Positions 63,841-64,000 of a stretch of 64,000 nucleotides of DNA are shown one piece after another; within the stretch, counting starts at the first letter, position 1, and each line of letters begins with the position of its first letter. The notes under the pieces are model-generated. The model saw only the letters and a list, made by a program, of their open reading frames with translations, was not told the DNA's origin and did not search any database. Both the position numbers and the translations under genes were made by a program. Origin of the DNA: Candidatus Niyogibacteria bacterium (GTDB taxonomy: Bacteria; Patescibacteriota; Minisyncoccia; HO2-45-28); contig JACOYI010000002.1 in the NCBI GenBank assembly GCA_016181935.1, positions 63,961 through 127,960 of the forward strand. Reading direction: 5' to 3'.

Positions 63841-63868
63841 GGGGCAAAATCGAATCCTGGCGAGAGCA
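63841..63868 (+). repeat. Partial direct repeat of the tRNA-Arg 3' end (att-like)
   Basis: GGGGCAAAATCGAATCCTGGCGAGAGCACA compared with the tRNA 3' end GGGGGTTCGAATCCCTCCGAGAGCACA. A 12-bp inverted repeat (GAGCACAAAATT…AATTTTGTGCTC) directly abuts the tRNA. Confidence 0.4.
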
Positions 63869-63876
63869 CATAAAAA

Positions 63877-64000
63877 TGGAGCAACTTATCTTTAGAGAAA
63901 CAAGCGGACCATTGCCGACATCCGAGTACGATTTTGTTGTGGATGGAGAGAAAGTAGGGTTTTTGCAAATTCGGCATAAGCTATCTCATGCTCCCGATGT
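63877..64000 (+). CDS. Start of a hypothetical CDS running off the window
   Basis: ATG at 63877 opens MEQLIFRETSGPLPTSEYDFVVDGEKVGFLQIRHKLSHAPD…, which reaches the window edge. Confidence 0.3.

Noticed and set aside
63748-63870. Second tRNA gene downstream of tRNA-Arg
   Set aside because: The end resembles a tRNA 3' end, but no cloverleaf can be drawn and the length (~120 nt) is wrong. It is interpreted as a partial direct repeat or att-like remnant instead.
1-64000. CRISPR arrays and rRNA genes
   Set aside because: No arrays of regularly spaced direct repeats and no rRNA-like segments were seen anywhere in the window.

Overview
This 64 kb window reads as a compact, gene-dense bacterial chromosome segment that spans the replication origin. 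A dnaA-dnaN pair on the minus strand diverges from rpmH-rnpA-yidC-jag on the plus strand. My inference is a small-genome Patescibacteria/CPR-like organism of roughly 55-60% GC, based on gene content, frequent start/stop overlaps and the many secreted or membrane hypotheticals.

Housekeeping genes I can support include:
- Replication, recombination and repair: uvrB, ruvA, ruvB, ruvC, polA, holA, pcrA, dnaA, dnaN, a xerC/D-family recombinase and comM.
- Translation and RNA: rpsT, rpsO, rpmH, rnpA, tyrS, tsaE, rsmA, pnp and a tRNA-Arg.
- Envelope and export: a MurE-like ligase, a PBP1A-family protein, a LysM/M23 peptidase, yidC and a PilB/GspE ATPase.
- Regulators and others: a CheY-like response regulator, a DksA-like protein, yebC, pspA, a GNAT acetyltransferase and a HAD hydrolase.

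The most notable system is an 11-gene minus-strand operon (35.2-46.8 kb) that looks like a minimal type IV secretion or conjugation-type apparatus. It has a VirB4 ATPase that appears split into an N-terminal domain protein plus the ATPase body, a PrgI/VirB3-like protein, a VirB6-like polytopic protein with a repeat-bearing tail, a VirB2/TrbC-like pilin candidate carrying a Cys-rich extension, and several secreted proteins.

Other signals worth follow-up:
- Two small cassettes are bracketed by duplicated gene-end fragments. A copy of the murE 5' end sits at 5062-5119 and a copy of the uvrB 3' end sits at 11124-11168. The uvrB case carries pspA flanked by two paralogous small genes. An orphan copy of the tRNA-Arg 3' end lies 114 bp downstream of the tRNA gene.
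- A low-GC islet next to a RelE/Phd toxin-antitoxin pair encodes a trypsin-like protease.
- Inverted-repeat-flanked intergenic elements occur at several sites, including a two-copy family at 15955-16078 and 35030-35170.
- The ruvA/uvrB divergent promoter carries a 42-bp perfect palindrome.
- The pilB-downstream intergenic region (about 660 bp) holds stem-loops and a minus-strand terminator.
- A leader of about 200 nt ending in an intrinsic terminator precedes the LysM/M23 peptidase gene.
- An NYN-domain gene is inserted between rpsO and pnp.
- A 585-aa cysteine-rich repeat protein sits next to the xerC-family gene.

I found no CRISPR arrays and no rRNA genes.
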